This document shows positions 62,417 through 64,000 of a stretch of 64,000 bases of DNA, one piece after another. Position 1 is the first letter of the stretch, and each line of letters opens with the position of its first letter. A program made the translations under genes and the position numbers. The DNA is from an uncultured bacterium. GTDB taxonomy: Bacteria; Fidelibacterota; Marinisomatia; Marinisomatales; UBA1611. The stretch covers positions 29,486-93,485 of the forward strand of contig CAZGFQ010000001.1 of the NCBI GenBank assembly GCA_964525185.1, read 5' to 3'. The notes beneath the pieces were generated by a model. That model was not told the origin of the DNA. It did no database searches and saw only the letters and a list, made by a program, of their open reading frames with translations.

Positions 62417-64000
62417 ATGCCTAAACCGATTATTATATCTTTTTTACTATCCACAGTCCTGATGATTAATGGATGCGGTGGAACGATTCCGGAACAATCA
62501 AAATCATCGGAATTATCTTGGGCGGAAGAAACTTTATCCATGCTTTCTTTACGAGAGAAAATCGCCCAAATGATGATTTATCACATGAATATGCGTTTCA
62601 AAGATGTGTCGGAATCAAAGTGGGAAAACATTCAATCGCTCATAAAAACAGATGGAATTGGTGGCATTCATTTATGGTATGGTGATGGAAGTAGTTCTGT
62701 GGCAATGATGAATGAAATGCAACAGCAATCTAAAGTACCAATCATTTTTGATGCAGATATAGAATATGGGCTCAATCAAAGATTCCCATCCGGAACAGAC
62801 TTTCCACCTTTAATGGCCATTGCTGCAACCGGGAATCCTGAAAACGCTTATGCTGTAGGAGCGATTGTTGCCAATGAAGCTCGTTCAGTTGGCATTCATT
62901 GGAATTTATCTCCTGTAATGGATGTAAATAATAATCCTGATAACCCAATAATTAATGTTAGATCATTTGGAGAAGATCCAGATTTGGTAAGTGACTTTGG
63001 TGTACCTTATATGAAAGGGTTGCAAGATAATGGCATGTTAGCTACCGCTAAACATTTCCCTGGCCATGGAGATACAGAAACGGATTCTCATTCATCTCTC
63101 GCCATGATTCCAAGTGATTCTGCGAGACTTTGGTCCGTTGAAATTCCACCATTCCAAAAGATGGCAGACGAAGGAGTGGACGCTATTATGGTTGCTCATG
63201 TTCATGCGCCAGATTATCAAATGGGTGCAGAAGATCCAGCCACATTATCTTCATTTTGGATTCAAGACGTTTTACGAAATCGTATTGGTTTTAAAGGAAC
63301 GGTTATTACCGATGCGATGGGAATGGGTGGAATTGTAAAAAATTATTCCAAATCCTACGCCTTGATAAAAACAATTCAAGCGGGTAGTGATGTTATTATT
63401 CAAAATTACGATTTAAAAGGTGCAGTAGATGTTGTAGAAACCGCTGTATTGAATGGGAGTATCTCCGAAGAACGAATTAATCAATCTGCATTAAAAATGT
63501 TAAGAATGAAGGAAAAAGTGGGACTCCATAAACAATCAAATATAAACCTTCAACATGCGAGAACAATATTAAATGATAAAGAGCATAAATCAACTGCGCG
63601 TAGAATCGCGTCCGAAGCAATTACATGTGTAAAATTGGCTAAAGATTTATTACCCCTTTCAGCAACGCAAACTGATACGTTATATGTCATTGATTTATAT
63701 GATTCTGAGAATAATCATAGCCAATCCAAAATAACAAAAGCATTAAAATCTGAAAGGATTGTGCTTCATTCCTTTCAAGTGGAAGAATCGGATTCCAAAC
63801 AATCTTTAGAATTAATTGTAAGTCAAATTCCTAAAAATGCTCGCGTTTTAATCAATGCTTTTGCTGTACCAAAGGCATGGAAAAATCGAATATTTCTCCC
63901 TGAAAATGAAACAGATTTTGTAAATCTGCTGATAGAAAAAACAAATAGAATCATTTTAGCGAGTATGGGTACACCGTATCTCATTCAAGAATTTCCGGAT
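62417..64000 (+). CDS. Glycoside hydrolase family 3 lipoprotein (beta-N-acetylhexosaminidase/NagZ-like), 3' end outside the window
   Basis: The frame is open from the ATG at 62417 to the window end (528 codons, checked by hand). It has the lipobox LMINGCGG, KHFPGHGDTETDSH and ITDAMGMGG. It is absent from the ORF track because no stop lies in the window. Confidence 0.85.
   Translation, partial: MPKPIIISFLLSTVLMINGCGGTIPEQSKSSELSWAEETLSMLSLREKIAQMMIYHMNMRFKDVSESKWENIQSLIKTDGIGGIHLWYGDGSSSVAMMNEMQQQSKVPIIFDADIEYGLNQRFPSGTDFPPLMAIAATGNPENAYAVGAIVANEARSVGIHWNLSPVMDVNNNPDNPIINVRSFGEDPDLVSDFGVPYMKGLQDNGMLATAKHFPGHGDTETDSHSSLAMIPSDSARLWSVEIPPFQKMADEGVDAIMVAHVHAPDYQMGAEDPATLSSFWIQDVLRNRIGFKGTVITDAMGMGGIVKNYSKSYALIKTIQAGSDVIIQNYDLKGAVDVVETAVLNGSISEERINQSALKMLRMKEKVGLHKQSNINLQHARTILNDKEHKSTARRIASEAITCVKLAKDLLPLSATQTDTLYVIDLYDSENNHSQSKITKALKSERIVLHSFQVEESDSKQSLELIVSQIPKNARVLINAFAVPKAWKNRIFLPENETDFVNLLIEKTNRIILASMGTPYLIQEFPD

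Noticed and set aside
1-64000. Search for tRNA, rRNA, CRISPR arrays, transposases, integrases, phage genes or long DNA repeats
   Set aside because: None were recognised by eye. The only repeats found are the in-frame protein-coding duplications and the short operator-like motifs reported above. A tRNA or covariance-model scan would be needed to exclude small RNAs.

Overview
This is an AT-rich bacterial chromosomal segment with about 70 protein-coding genes. I recognised no rRNA, tRNA, CRISPR array, transposase or integrase. All calls come from reading the supplied translations and the DNA by eye, using motifs and domain signatures remembered from the literature. No database search or computation was possible, and haem-motif counts are manual.

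The unusual part is 1-15.3 kb, all on the minus strand. (i) An Rrf2-headed operon encodes a dihaem cytochrome c, a lipoprotein with a PSCyt1-like domain carrying CSCH instead of CXXCH, and a 383-aa protein with one N-terminal CXXCH fused to a beta-barrel (the Cyc2-type fused cytochrome-porin architecture). It also encodes a Big_2 protein with two haem modules and a truncated, possibly cupredoxin-like gene. (ii) A roughly 10-kb operon encodes a 6-TM protein with two H-x13-H pairs, two NAD(P)H/FAD/Fe-S proteins and three multihaem cytochromes with 17, 32(+2) and 8(+1) haem motifs. It ends with a 510-aa outer-membrane-type barrel and a ferredoxin, and sits beside a divergent OmpR/HisKA two-component system. 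Both promoter regions share a TTAGA/TCTAA-based motif.

Next (19-30 kb) comes a Rieske/split-cytochrome-b complex with a 998-aa octahaem cytochrome, a HEAT-repeat protein and small TM peptides, then haem A/O synthesis and SCO copper chaperones. The remainder contains:
- a 1528-aa acyl-AMP ligase/unknown/GNAT fusion;
- a GAF/HD-GYP protein and an SLC13 transporter;
- an ECF sigma/rhodanese/DUF302 redox-sulfur cluster;
- MATE and Liv-type ABC transporters with an acyl-CoA synthetase;
- GNAT, adenosine deaminase, SDR and aldehyde dehydrogenase genes;
- an amino-sugar/cell-wall-like cluster ending in a truncated GH3 gene.

Several genes missing from the ORF track were found: two truncated genes at the window edges and three small ORFs.
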